Below, one piece after another: positions 50,337-60,419 of a stretch of DNA of 64,000 nucleotides. Made by a program: the position numbers and the translations under genes. Origin of the DNA: a bacterium. Its GTDB lineage: Bacteria; UBA8248. The notes under the pieces were generated by a model. It saw only the letters and a program-made list of their open reading frames with translations. It had not been told where the DNA came from and did not search any database. Where the stretch lies: positions 2,336,001-2,400,000 of the forward strand of contig CBDBBI010000010.1 in the NCBI GenBank assembly GCA_965202625.1. Direction: 5' to 3'. Every line of letters starts with the position of its first letter. Position 1 is the first letter of the stretch.

Positions 50337-53300
50337 ATTGTAGCTGATCGATGCCTGCCTGCAATTCACAACCACACCATCGGAGGGGCGTAAATCGTGA
50401 AATTGTAGCTGATCGATGCCTGCCTGCAATTCACAACACCCCCCTTTATAGGCGGCCTAGGGGGGCTATTGTAGCTGATCGATGCCTGCCTGCAATTCAC
50501 AACCGCGTGCCATAGAACAGCGAGAAGGTCAAATTGTAGCTGATCGATGCCTGCCTGCAATTCACAACCAAAACAGACTCCATATCTGCCTTCTTGTTAT
50601 TGTAGCTGATCGATGCCTGCCTGCAATTCACAACTTGACGGCACTCGGGTGGTGAGCGGGATCATTGTAGCTGATCGATGCCTGCCTGCAATTCACAACA
50701 AGCATTCATTGACGAATTCGCCGTCTTTAATTGTAGCTGATCGATGCCTGCCTGCAATTCACAACCCGCAAATTTGCAGGCGTTCAGGGGGACGCATTGT
50801 AGCTGATCGATGCCTGCCTGCAATTCACAACGACAAAGAAGGCGCATTGGGCGCATTCCTCATTGTAGCTGATCGATGCCTGCCTGCAATTCACAACTCC
50901 ATTGCCGTCCTTGCCCGTTTGCTTGGGATTGTAGCTGATCGATGCCTGCCTGCAATTCACAACTGCGACGCTGGCATTAACGAATATCGGGATATTGTAG
51001 CTGATCGATGCCTGCCTGCAATTCACAACCGTTCTGACCGCGAAGCCGTCCTCATATTTATTGTAGCTGATCGATGCCTGCCTGCAATTCACAACGCGTT
51101 TCGACGGGTGGTGTATCAAGCGTTCATTGTAGCTGATCGATGCCTGCCTGCAATTCACAACCCTTCCGTTTCGGACCCTCGCGTCGCCGAGATTGTAGCT
51201 GATCGATGCCTGCCTGCAATTCACAACTAGCGAATATCTCTCTCAAAATCGACTTTAATTGTAGCTGATCGATGCCTGCCTGCAATTCACAACCGGACGC
51301 ACCGGAGCGACCTCTACATAGGGATTGTAGCTGATCGATGCCTGCCTGCAATTCACAACAAGAAGTATGAGGACGGCTTCGCGGTCAGAATTGTAGCTGA
51401 TCGATGCCTGCCTGCAATTCACAACAATTCACGAGGTAGATGGCCAGAGGGGCGTATTGTAGCTGATCGATGCCTGCCTGCAATTCACAACCAACCAATG
51501 ACTGGCCCAACCGGTTTGATTATTGTAGCTGATCGATGCCTGCCTGCAATTCACAACGGAGGACTATAAATTCATCCCGCCAGGTGCATTGTAGCTGATC
51601 GATGCCTGCCTGCAATTCACAACTAGCGTCCGCAACAGAGTCAGTAGTTATTGATTGTAGCTGATCGATGCCTGCCTGCAATTCACAACCAGACCGCCAA
51701 TGGTGTCAAAAACTTTCTTATTGTAGCTGATCGATGCCTGCCTGCAATTCACAACCAGTCGAAACCAACGCCTTCGTCGACAATTATTGTAGCTGATCGA
51801 TGCCTGCCTGCAATTCACAACCATGCGCTCTGTTCATGCTGGCCATCACGAATTGTAGCTGATCGATGCCTGCCTGCAATTCACAACTCTGAGACCCACA
51901 CTCTTTTTTTCATGCGCATTGTAGCTGATCGATGCCTGCCTGCAATTCACAACTCACACTGACGCCCAGGAATTTTGTGGTGTATTGTAGCTGATCGATG
52001 CCTGCCTGCAATTCACAACCAAGAAGGAATGAGGGATGTAAATTCTTTGATTGTAGCTGATCGATGCCTGCCTGCAATTCACAACCGACAAAGAATACAT
52101 CCCGCCGCGCAAGGAATTGTAGCTGATCGATGCCTGCCTGCAATTCACAACTGCGAATACACGGGAAACCTCGTGACCTGGATTGTAGCTGATCGATGCC
52201 TGCCTGCAATTCACAACTCCAGCCCGAATATCACGCGAAGCCCCGCAATTGTAGCTGATCGATGCCTGCCTGCAATTCACAACTCGCGCGTTCGCAATCG
52301 GCTGGCGCACGGGATTGTAGCTGATCGATGCCTGCCTGCAATTCACAACGACAGCTTCTCCGCGGCTCTCAACTTTTACATTGTAGCTGATCGATGCCTG
52401 CCTGCAATTCACAACTCGCGGCGCATGCGAAGCGTGGGGCGTCGAATTGTAGCTGATCGATGCCTGCCTGCAATTCACAACCGCGGTCTCACTGGGCGCG
52501 TTTTACATTCATTGTAGCTGATCGATGCCTGCCTGCAATTCACAACTGAGACAAAGGCTGGAAAACACCTTTCGAGATTGTAGCTGATCGATGCCTGCCT
52601 GCAATTCACAACAAAAGTGGTAAGTGGTAAATTTCTGAACAAATTGTAGCTGATCGATGCCTGCCTGCAATTCACAACCTATAGGCGCAATCAACCGCTC
52701 GTCTTTCTATTGTAGCTGATCGATGCCTGCCTGCAATTCACAACAAGCCTTTCCGCCTCAACCTTAAAGCAGATATTGTAGCTGATCGATGCCTGCCTGC
52801 AATTCACAACGTCTGCTCGGAGGGCGTCGTATATTTCCCAATTGTAGCTGATCGATGCCTGCCTGCAATTCACAACACTCTTTACATAGACTTTGCATCA
52901 AGCGGGATTGTAGCTGATCGATGCCTGCCTGCAATTCACAACGATTTGTCCGTTGTCAATTTTGGCGATTAGATTGTAGCTGATCGATGCCTGCCTGCAA
53001 TTCACAACCGATGCGAAATCAAGCCGCTCGTAGGCGGAATTGTAGCTGATCGATGCCTGCCTGCAATTCACAACTGCACATGAAAAAAGAATCGCCAGGA
53101 GCAATTGTAGCTGATCGATGCCTGCCTGCAATTCACAACAACTACTCGTTTTGCGTGAATCCGGGCTTATTGTAGCTGATCGATGCCTGCCTGCAATTCA
53201 CAACAGCCTGGGGGAGCCAAGCGTGGGCAGGACTATTGTAGCTGATCGATGCCTGCCTGCAATTCACAACTGCGGTCTCACTGGGCGCGTTTTATATTCA

Positions 53301-55444
53301 TTGTAGCTGATCGATGCCTGCCTGCAATTCACAACTGCAGGCGGTCGATTTGTTTTGCGGCATAGATTGTAGCTGATCGATGCCTGCCTGCAATTCACAA
53401 CTTAGGCGTCTCCGCGGGCAAGGTCGTGGATATTGTAGCTGATCGATGCCTGCCTGCAATTCACAACTTGCGGAGGCGCAAAAGATATGGACGCAGAATT
53501 GTAGCTGATCGATGCCTGCCTGCAATTCACAACCTTGTCAGAATTGAAGGCGACAATCGAGACATTGTAGCTGATCGATGCCTGCCTGCAATTCACAACT
53601 GCTATGCGCGCGTGGGCGCTGGTGGTGATATTGTAGCTGATCGATGCCTGCCTGCAATTCACAACTAATAAGAACCATGTACGCAAGACGAGAACATTGT
53701 AGCTGATCGATGCCTGCCTGCAATTCACAACAGTCCTTGTCTGATTACCAGCGCGTTCTTGATTGTAGCTGATCGATGCCTGCCTGCAATTCACAACCAA
53801 AAAGTCGAGCAAACTCATAGCCCTTACATTGTAGCTGATCGATGCCTGCCTGCAATTCACAACAGGCGGAACTGGGAACCCTTCCGCCTCCGCATTGTAG
53901 CTGATCGATGCCTGCCTGCAATTCACAACCAACCCTCGGCTTCATCTCATGGCGCTTCTATTGTAGCTGATCGATGCCTGCCTGCAATTCACAACGGCGG
54001 TAGTCTGCTATAAAGACGTGTTTGGATTGTAGCTGATCGATGCCTGCCTGCAATTCACAACGACAGAAGAGATTTGCCACGCCTGCTGGAAATTGTAGCT
54101 GATCGATGCCTGCCTGCAATTCACAACTTTCGGACATCCCGATCAGGACAGGGCGATATTGTAGCTGATCGATGCCTGCCTGCAATTCACAACTTTCGGA
54201 CATCCCGATCAGGACAGGGCGATATTGTAGCTGATCGATGCCTGCCTGCAATTCACAACTTTCGGACATCCCGATCAGGACAGGGCGATATTGTAGCTGA
54301 TCGATGCCTGCCTGCAATTCACAACATCACCGATCTAGACAGCGCGGTCGAGTTATTGTAGCTGATCGATGCCTGCCTGCAATTCACAACAGGTCTTTAT
54401 CCCCTCGCTTCTTGGCGAGAATTGTAGCTGATCGATGCCTGCCTGCAATTCACAACCAAAAACTAAACATTGAAGGCAGCGGAAGATTGTAGCTGATCGA
54501 TGCCTGCCTGCAATTCACAACTGATCGCCCTGCAAATCATAATATGGTTCGATTGTAGCTGATCGATGCCTGCCTGCAATTCACAACGAGCGAAGCGGTG
54601 GCGAGCGATGCGGCGCGATTGTAGCTGATCGATGCCTGCCTGCAATTCACAACAGATATCCGCGGTACCCGGTGATGGTGTGCATTGTAGCTGATCGATG
54701 CCTGCCTGCAATTCACAACAGATATCCGCGGTACCCGGTGATGGTGTGCATTGTAGCTGATCGATGCCTGCCTGCAATTCACAACAGTATGGGCTGGGGA
54801 GATTCAGATATTGAAATTGTAGCTGATCGATGCCTGCCTGCAATTCACAACTGACGCTCCGCCGCCTGCACAGCAGGGGACATTGTAGCTGATCGATGCC
54901 TGCCTGCAATTCACAACCAAAGAACACAAGGGCACACACGCCATCAAATTGTAGCTGATCGATGCCTGCCTGCAATTCACAACAAATGCTTCGATGATAT
55001 CTTTCGCCGAGCATTGTAGCTGATCGATGCCTGCCTGCAATTCACAACACAGGTAATAGGACACCGAAACCTGAAAGAATTGTAGCTGATCGATGCCTGC
55101 CTGCAATTCACAACCAATAGCAAAATCAAAAAGAAACGTCCTCAATTGTAGCTGATCGATGCCTGCCTGCAATTCACAACATAACGCAGATATTCCCCAC
55201 TTCAAATTCTATTGTAGCTGATCGATGCCTGCCTGCAATTCACAACGTTTGCTGCTGAGGGTCTTGGCCAGTGCCGATTGTAGCTGATCGATGCCTGCCT
55301 GCAATTCACAACCAATAGCAAAATCAAAAAGAAACGTCCTCAATTGTAGCTGATCGATGCCTGCCTGCAATTCACAACCATGCCGCTTACGCTCGAAACG
55401 TCTATCTGATTGTAGCTGATCGATGCCTGCCTGCAATTCACAAC
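50337..55444 (-). CRISPR. Type II-C CRISPR array: about 78 identical 36-bp repeats and about 77 spacers of 29-30 bp
   Basis: Plus-strand repeat ATTGTAGCTGATCGATGCCTGCCTGCAATTCACAAC with 65-66 bp period; minus orientation (GTTGTG...TACAAT) inferred from analogy to Neisseria II-C arrays and tracrRNA polarity. Confidence 0.98.
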
Positions 55445-55897
55445 TAGTTTCAACCCCGCGAGGCGCGGGGGGGGGGGGGGGCGACTCCAGAGTGAAGTCG
55501 TTTCAGGGAACGGCGTTTGTGCGCAATTCCGCCCGGCTGAGAATCCATAGGCGCCGCCGTTCAAATGCCGATGTCGCCGATAACCCAGAAAGTTTCGGCA
55601 AGATGCGGAACAGGCGAAGACGCGACGCCGCCGGGTGTGGAGAAAACCTCCATGGGGGTGGAGCAGGTGGAAAGCGGCCCAGCGGGAAACGGGTTTTCAG
55701 AACGGCGAGGAGCGCGCCGACAGCGAACCGAATCCAGAAAATTTTTTGTCCATTCCGGCGGATTCCCCCCCGCGCGCAATTCTCATCCGCAAGAAAACCG
55801 AAATTCATTCCGGCGGGTTTTGCATGAGCGCGCCCCTTTTGTCAAAATTGCTACAGTGCGAAAGAGGTATTCTCCTGCGTTCTGAAAGGAAGGGGCG

Positions 55898-56593
55898 ATG
55901 ACGCGCCGGGTGATTTTATGGGCGACTCTGGGGCTCATAGTGATGCTGGCCGCCGCGCCCGGCTATCGCTGGTTGCAGGGCTATTTTTTCCGGAATCTTC
56001 CGATTTACTTTCAGCTGACGGATTTTGCGCTGGTGGACGCATCGGACCGCGCGTTCACGAGGGAGCGCCTGCGAGGGAAGGTCTGGGTGGCGGACTTCAT
56101 CTACACGAGGTGCGTGGATACCTGTCCCCTGCAAACGGCGGAGATGCGGCGATTGCAGCGAGCGTTCTCGCACGAAGCGGATTTTCGGCAACTTTCCATC
56201 ACTGCGGACCCGAAGCACGACACGGGGACGCTTCTGGAAGAATACGCCCGAAAGTTCGGCGCGGACAGATCGCGCTGGTTCTTTCTCACGGGAAGCGAGA
56301 GAGAAATCCGAAATCTGGCGTTCAAGGGGTTCCGCCTGAGCTATGCCACCAGAGAAGCCGCGCGCGCCCCTGCGTCCATGGGCGATCGGGCTTTTCGGTT
56401 TTTTCTCGACGTCGCCCACGCCCACCACCCCGGGCACCAGGAGAAGGAAGGCGCGCCGGAATCCTTGATCTCGCACAGCTCCCGGTTCGTCCTCATCGAC
56501 AGGAACTTCCACATTCGGGGGTATTATCACAGCGACGACGCAGCCTCGCTCCAGAAATTGAGAGAAGACCTGATAATCGCCCTAAAGTCCTGA
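55898..56593 (+). CDS. SCO1/SenC family copper chaperone
   Basis: N-terminal TM; FIYTRCVDTCP (CxxxC), DPKHDT, ISHSSRFVLID. Confidence 0.92.
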   Translation: MTRRVILWATLGLIVMLAAAPGYRWLQGYFFRNLPIYFQLTDFALVDASDRAFTRERLRGKVWVADFIYTRCVDTCPLQTAEMRRLQRAFSHEADFRQLSITADPKHDTGTLLEEYARKFGADRSRWFFLTGSEREIRNLAFKGFRLSYATREAARAPASMGDRAFRFFLDVAHAHHPGHQEKEGAPESLISHSSRFVLIDRNFHIRGYYHSDDAASLQKLREDLIIALKS

Positions 56594-57463
56594 CGTTTCG
56601 GGCGGCGGCGCGGTTTTTGCGCTCTCGAGCATCTCCGCGTAGCCGTCTCGATACGATGGATAGAGAAACCGGTATCCGGAAGTTTTGAGTCGGGCGTTTG
56701 AACATCTCTTGTTCGTCGCCGGGCGCGAGGGTGCAGGTTCGTCCCCCCCCCCGCGAGGACGCGGAACGCCCAGCCGATCCGCCAGCCAGTCCAGCACCGC
56801 GCCGTGCTCGGCCGGCTCATCGTCGACGCCGACGTATACCCTTTCCGGCGCGTTCATCTTCATAAGGTGGACGAGGGCGCCTGCGCAGTCGTCCCGGTGG
56901 ATGCGGTTCGTGAAGCGAGGGGCGCCCGCGCCGCGCTTCGCCTGACCGCCCCGGACGGCGTCGATCAAGCGCGTACGATTCGGACCGTAAATGCCGCCCA
57001 GCCGTAGGATGACGGCGGGGTAGGGACTGTGCAAGAAAATGCGCTCGCCCTCCAGCAGAATGCGGCCCGCGTAATGCGTGGGTCGCGCGGGTGATTTCTC
57101 ATCCACCCAGCCCCCGTCCGTCTGCGGATAGACGGCCGTGCTCGATGTGAAGAAAATTCTCTTGACCTTTTTCCCTTTCTCGCCAAGCGCCTGGATGAGG
57201 TTTGCGGGCCCGTCCGCATACGCCGCCTGGTAGCCGGCCTCCCCGCCGCCGCCCGAGGCGACGGTGTAGAATATGAAATCCAGGTCGTCGGGAAGAAGGG
57301 CGCCCAGGTCTCTCTGGTGGACGTCCGCCGCAATCGGCTCGATAGAGGGGGGCAGATTTTTCGGGTTTCTGCGCAGACCCCGGACGAGGTGTCCCTCAGC
57401 GCTGAGAACTGCGCCCAGCGCCGCGCCGACGTAGCCGCATCCAACGATGAGAACGTTTGCCAT
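56582..57463 (-). CDS. NAD-dependent epimerase/SDR (YeeZ-like)
   Basis: VLIVGCGYVG, TSSTAVY, LRLGGIYGP.R, NRIHRDD. Confidence 0.88.
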   Translation of the reverse strand: MANVLIVGCGYVGAALGAVLSAEGHLVRGLRRNPKNLPPSIEPIAADVHQRDLGALLPDDLDFIFYTVASGGGGEAGYQAAYADGPANLIQALGEKGKKVKRIFFTSSTAVYPQTDGGWVDEKSPARPTHYAGRILLEGERIFLHSPYPAVILRLGGIYGPNRTRLIDAVRGGQAKRGAGAPRFTNRIHRDDCAGALVHLMKMNAPERVYVGVDDEPAEHGAVLDWLADRLGVPRPRGGGDEPAPSRPATNKRCSNARLKTSGYRFLYPSYRDGYAEMLESAKTAPPPETSGL

Positions 57464-57488
57464 GGAGGGTCTGTTTTCCTGCGAGCGC

Positions 57489-58349
57489 CTACTCCTGCGA
57501 CGCCTCGAGCGGGGGGACTCTCCCCCGAAAGATATCTCTTAAATGATGCGGCATAACGCGCAGCCCGGCATAGAACGGGCCAAACTCTCCATACCAGACG
57601 CTGGCCTCATCAAAGCGCATCTCATAGACCAGACGCTTGAACACGAGCGGGTCTTCCGAGAACAGATACACCCCCCACTCCCAGTCGTCAAAACCGATGC
57701 TGCCCGTGATGATTTGCTGGACGAGGCCAGCGTATCTTCTGCCGACGAAGCCGTGTTCGCGCATCATTTTCTGGCGCGCCTCTATCGGGAGGGCATACCA
57801 GTTTTTCTCCTCGCCCCTGTGCTTGTTCATCGGGTAGAAGCACAAATATCTCGTTTTGGGGATGTCCATGTAGAGGCGTTCTTTCATGCGTTCTCGCTGG
57901 GCGTTCATCTGCTCAGACCATTTCGACTTCCAGGCGTCACTGCCGGGCGCCAGACCCTCGTCCATGAGCCGGGAGTGGAGTTTCACGGTCATCTCATAGA
58001 GGCCGAGCTCGAGAAACGAGAGGTAGGAAGTCGTCTCGTTCAGGTATTCCATCAACGACAGCCGGCGAAGACCCAGTTCGACTTCGTTGAGGGCGTCAAG
58101 GGTGGGCCTGAAATGGAGAAAGAGGAGATCGCCCTTGTGCCCCAATACGCTGAAAAGGGCGCTCTCTCCGGATGCGGGCCGGAAGACGGCGCCGAAGTAT
58201 TCGGTCGCTTCGTTCAGAATGCGGTGTCGCTTGACGCTTTCCAGCCGGTTCCAGGCGGGCCAGTCTATCTTGAAGATATGATGCAGAATCGCCCAGCCAT
58301 CGAGCGTCTCGGGCATTTTGGTTTTGGCGTCCTGGAGGTTCGGCTTCAC
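57489..58349 (-). CDS. hemQ: Coproheme decarboxylase ChdC/HemQ (chlorite dismutase superfamily)
   Basis: TLDGW.ILH, GHKGDL, CFYPMNK, NWY.LP, MMREHG..GR.Y, GS.GFDDWEWGV, MRFDE.S..YGEFG.F. Confidence 0.9.
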   Translation of the reverse strand: MKPNLQDAKTKMPETLDGWAILHHIFKIDWPAWNRLESVKRHRILNEATEYFGAVFRPASGESALFSVLGHKGDLLFLHFRPTLDALNEVELGLRRLSLMEYLNETTSYLSFLELGLYEMTVKLHSRLMDEGLAPGSDAWKSKWSEQMNAQRERMKERLYMDIPKTRYLCFYPMNKHRGEEKNWYALPIEARQKMMREHGFVGRRYAGLVQQIITGSIGFDDWEWGVYLFSEDPLVFKRLVYEMRFDEASVWYGEFGPFYAGLRVMPHHLRDIFRGRVPPLEASQE

Positions 58350-58460
58350 GCGCTTGCTCCTGAATAACCGGGCGCATCAGAGAGAGACCATCCGGACACA
58401 AGAGATACCTGAGAGTACCTCGCCTTGCAAACAAACCTCTTGATTTGGACGCTCTTCCCG

Positions 58461-59342
58461 CTAACGTGCAGACGATGGACGGGGCGACTGAATGGGGCGT
58501 CCCTCCGCATCCGCCTCCTGAAAGATGCGGTGGCATTGTGCGCAGAGCGTTCTTGCGGCGGCGAGGTTCTCGGCGAGTCGATCGTAATCCGGTTTTTCAA
58601 TGTTTTTCGTCATCACACTGGACAGGGCGCGCAGTTTCTCGGTGAATTCGTCATACAACTCCTGGGCGTCGCCCTCCCGGAGGTTCGATGCCCAGGGAAC
58701 GAGATATGCGAACTTTGCGGCCAGCCCTCTGATGCGCCGCTCTTTTTGCGGCGGGACGGATTTCCCGTCCAGCCCCAGAGTCAGCGTCTCTTGCCCCAGA
58801 CGCCCTAAAGTCTTTTCCATACCGCGCATGGCGTCCTTGACGGATTCGGGATCGAAGTCGAAGGAAAAGCGCGCGCGGGCGGGAGGAGGCGACAGGCCGG
58901 ATATCGTCGCCGTGATGACGTATGCCCCTTTTTCGTCCAGTTTCACGTTGGCCCCGTAAACGCCTCGTTGAGGCAATCTTTTGAGAGTAAACGTTTTTCT
59001 CCATTCGCCCTGGGCGAACGCGAGTTTTACGCCAAACTCCGGCGGGAGGGAGGCATCGTCCTCTTTTTTGACCACGCGCATTTCAAAATGATGCGTGAAC
59101 TGAGAGAGCAGCGCGTGCGTATTTTCAGGAGATTCCCGGGCGCTCTCGCCTCCGATGCGTTTTGGCGGCATGGTGTTGAGTTCTATTTTCACGTTCCCGA
59201 TTTCCTGCTGGCCGACTTTTTGCAGGACGTAGGCGATGGAGCTGGTATGGTGCGCGGGGCTGTCATATGGCGCGGCAAAGAGGATGCCCGGTATGAGCAA
59301 ACACAGCAAACGGACGGATATGTGGGGGAATTTGCGCATCAT
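58461..59342 (-). CDS. Secreted protein: P19/Tpd-like beta domain fused to a c-type cytochrome four-helix domain
   Basis: Signal peptide; HHFEMRV and YGANVKL..KGAY in the N-half; helical C-half with a single CAQCH near the C-terminus. Confidence 0.6.
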   Translation of the reverse strand: MMRKFPHISVRLLCLLIPGILFAAPYDSPAHHTSSIAYVLQKVGQQEIGNVKIELNTMPPKRIGGESARESPENTHALLSQFTHHFEMRVVKKEDDASLPPEFGVKLAFAQGEWRKTFTLKRLPQRGVYGANVKLDEKGAYVITATISGLSPPPARARFSFDFDPESVKDAMRGMEKTLGRLGQETLTLGLDGKSVPPQKERRIRGLAAKFAYLVPWASNLREGDAQELYDEFTEKLRALSSVMTKNIEKPDYDRLAENLAAARTLCAQCHRIFQEADAEGRPIQSPRPSSAR

Positions 59343-59625
59343 CCCTTTTTCTGTGACGTCTCTGTTCGGTTTGGAGCGTTTTGCGCAGCGGTCGCCGCCT
59401 TTTTCACCATTTCACGTCCCGACGACACAATGCGTCTTGTCAGGCTTTTGCGTCAACCATGGAGGAGACTTGACTTGAAGTGCGGGATACATTATTTGAG
59501 TGCGTTGGAGACTCGTATCTGACAGGACGGATTCCGTCAGAGACATATTGCCGCTCCCGCTTTTTGAAAACGACGGAAAATTGACAACCCGATAGACAAA
59601 TGCGCTGCATTGAGGAGAAGCAGAT

Positions 59626-60363
59626 ATGATTTCCAGAATGTTTTGTTTGTGCCTGACGTTGACGGTAGGGCTGGGCGTTGCGTTTGCCGGCACTGCGGAT
59701 GCCTACAAGGAAGGCGCGGCAGGCGGCGGTTCGATTTCCGGAGTGATCGGGTTCGAGGGCGACGCTCCCAGGCGCAAAACCCTGTCTGTGAACAAGGATA
59801 AGAAAGTTTGCGCAAAAGAGCCTATCACCGACGATAGTCTGGTGGTCGAGGACGGCGGCGTGGTATGGGCCGTCGTATCCTTGAAGGACGTGAAATCCGG
59901 CAAGAAATGGGCAAAAGACCAGAAAAAAGCGGTCGTTGACCAGAAGGGGTGCGTTTATCTGCCTCGGATTACTGTAATGAAGGCGGGCACGAAACTTTTG
60001 GTAAAAAATAGCGACCGCGTACTCCACAACGTCCACACCCACCCCGGTGAAACGGGAAACCCGGTGGCCAATATCGCACAGCCAAGGTTCAAGAAAAAAC
60101 TGAGAATGTCGACCCGCTATTTCAGGAAGCCCGGCATTATCAAGGTGACGTGCGACGTGCATGACTGGATGCGGGGGTTTGTCGTCGTGGCGGAGAATCC
60201 CTACGTCAGCGTCACGGGCACAGGCGGCAAGTTCGAGATCAGGGACGTTCCGGCGGGCGACTATACGCTGGAGATCTGGCATGAGGTTTTGGGCAGAAAA
60301 TCCATGAACGTGTCGGTGAAAGACGGCTCTGCCACAGAGGTGGCGGTGACGCTGAAAAAATAG
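59626..60363 (+). CDS. Secreted cupredoxin-like / carboxypeptidase-regulatory-like domain protein
   Basis: Signal peptide; DQKGC.Y.P, NSD..LHNVH, CDVHDWM, VPAGDY....WHE.LG. Confidence 0.75.
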   Translation: MISRMFCLCLTLTVGLGVAFAGTADAYKEGAAGGGSISGVIGFEGDAPRRKTLSVNKDKKVCAKEPITDDSLVVEDGGVVWAVVSLKDVKSGKKWAKDQKKAVVDQKGCVYLPRITVMKAGTKLLVKNSDRVLHNVHTHPGETGNPVANIAQPRFKKKLRMSTRYFRKPGIIKVTCDVHDWMRGFVVVAENPYVSVTGTGGKFEIRDVPAGDYTLEIWHEVLGRKSMNVSVKDGSATEVAVTLKK

Positions 60364-60378
60364 CCGCGAACCAAAACG

Positions 60379-60419
60379 AAAACAGGCGGCGGTTGCAACA
60401 AGCAGCCGTCGCCTGTTTT
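60379..60419. terminator. Bidirectional Rho-independent terminator between convergent genes
   Basis: AAAACAGGCGGCGGTTGC-aacaa-GCAGCCGTCGCCTGTTTT. Confidence 0.8.

Noticed and set aside
50373-55408. Self-targeting spacers within this window
   Set aside because: None noticed by eye; not exhaustive, and a BLASTN of spacers against the genome is needed.
50366-55436. Many ORFs with repeating IVADRCLPAIHN / VVNCRQASISYN / CELQAGIDQLQ peptides
   Set aside because: Artefacts of the 66-bp CRISPR period being a multiple of three; not proteins.
59440-59570. Possible riboswitch upstream of the cupredoxin-like gene (hairpin TCTGAC...GTCAGA)
   Set aside because: Only one hairpin and no aptamer consensus I can recognise; an Rfam search would be needed.
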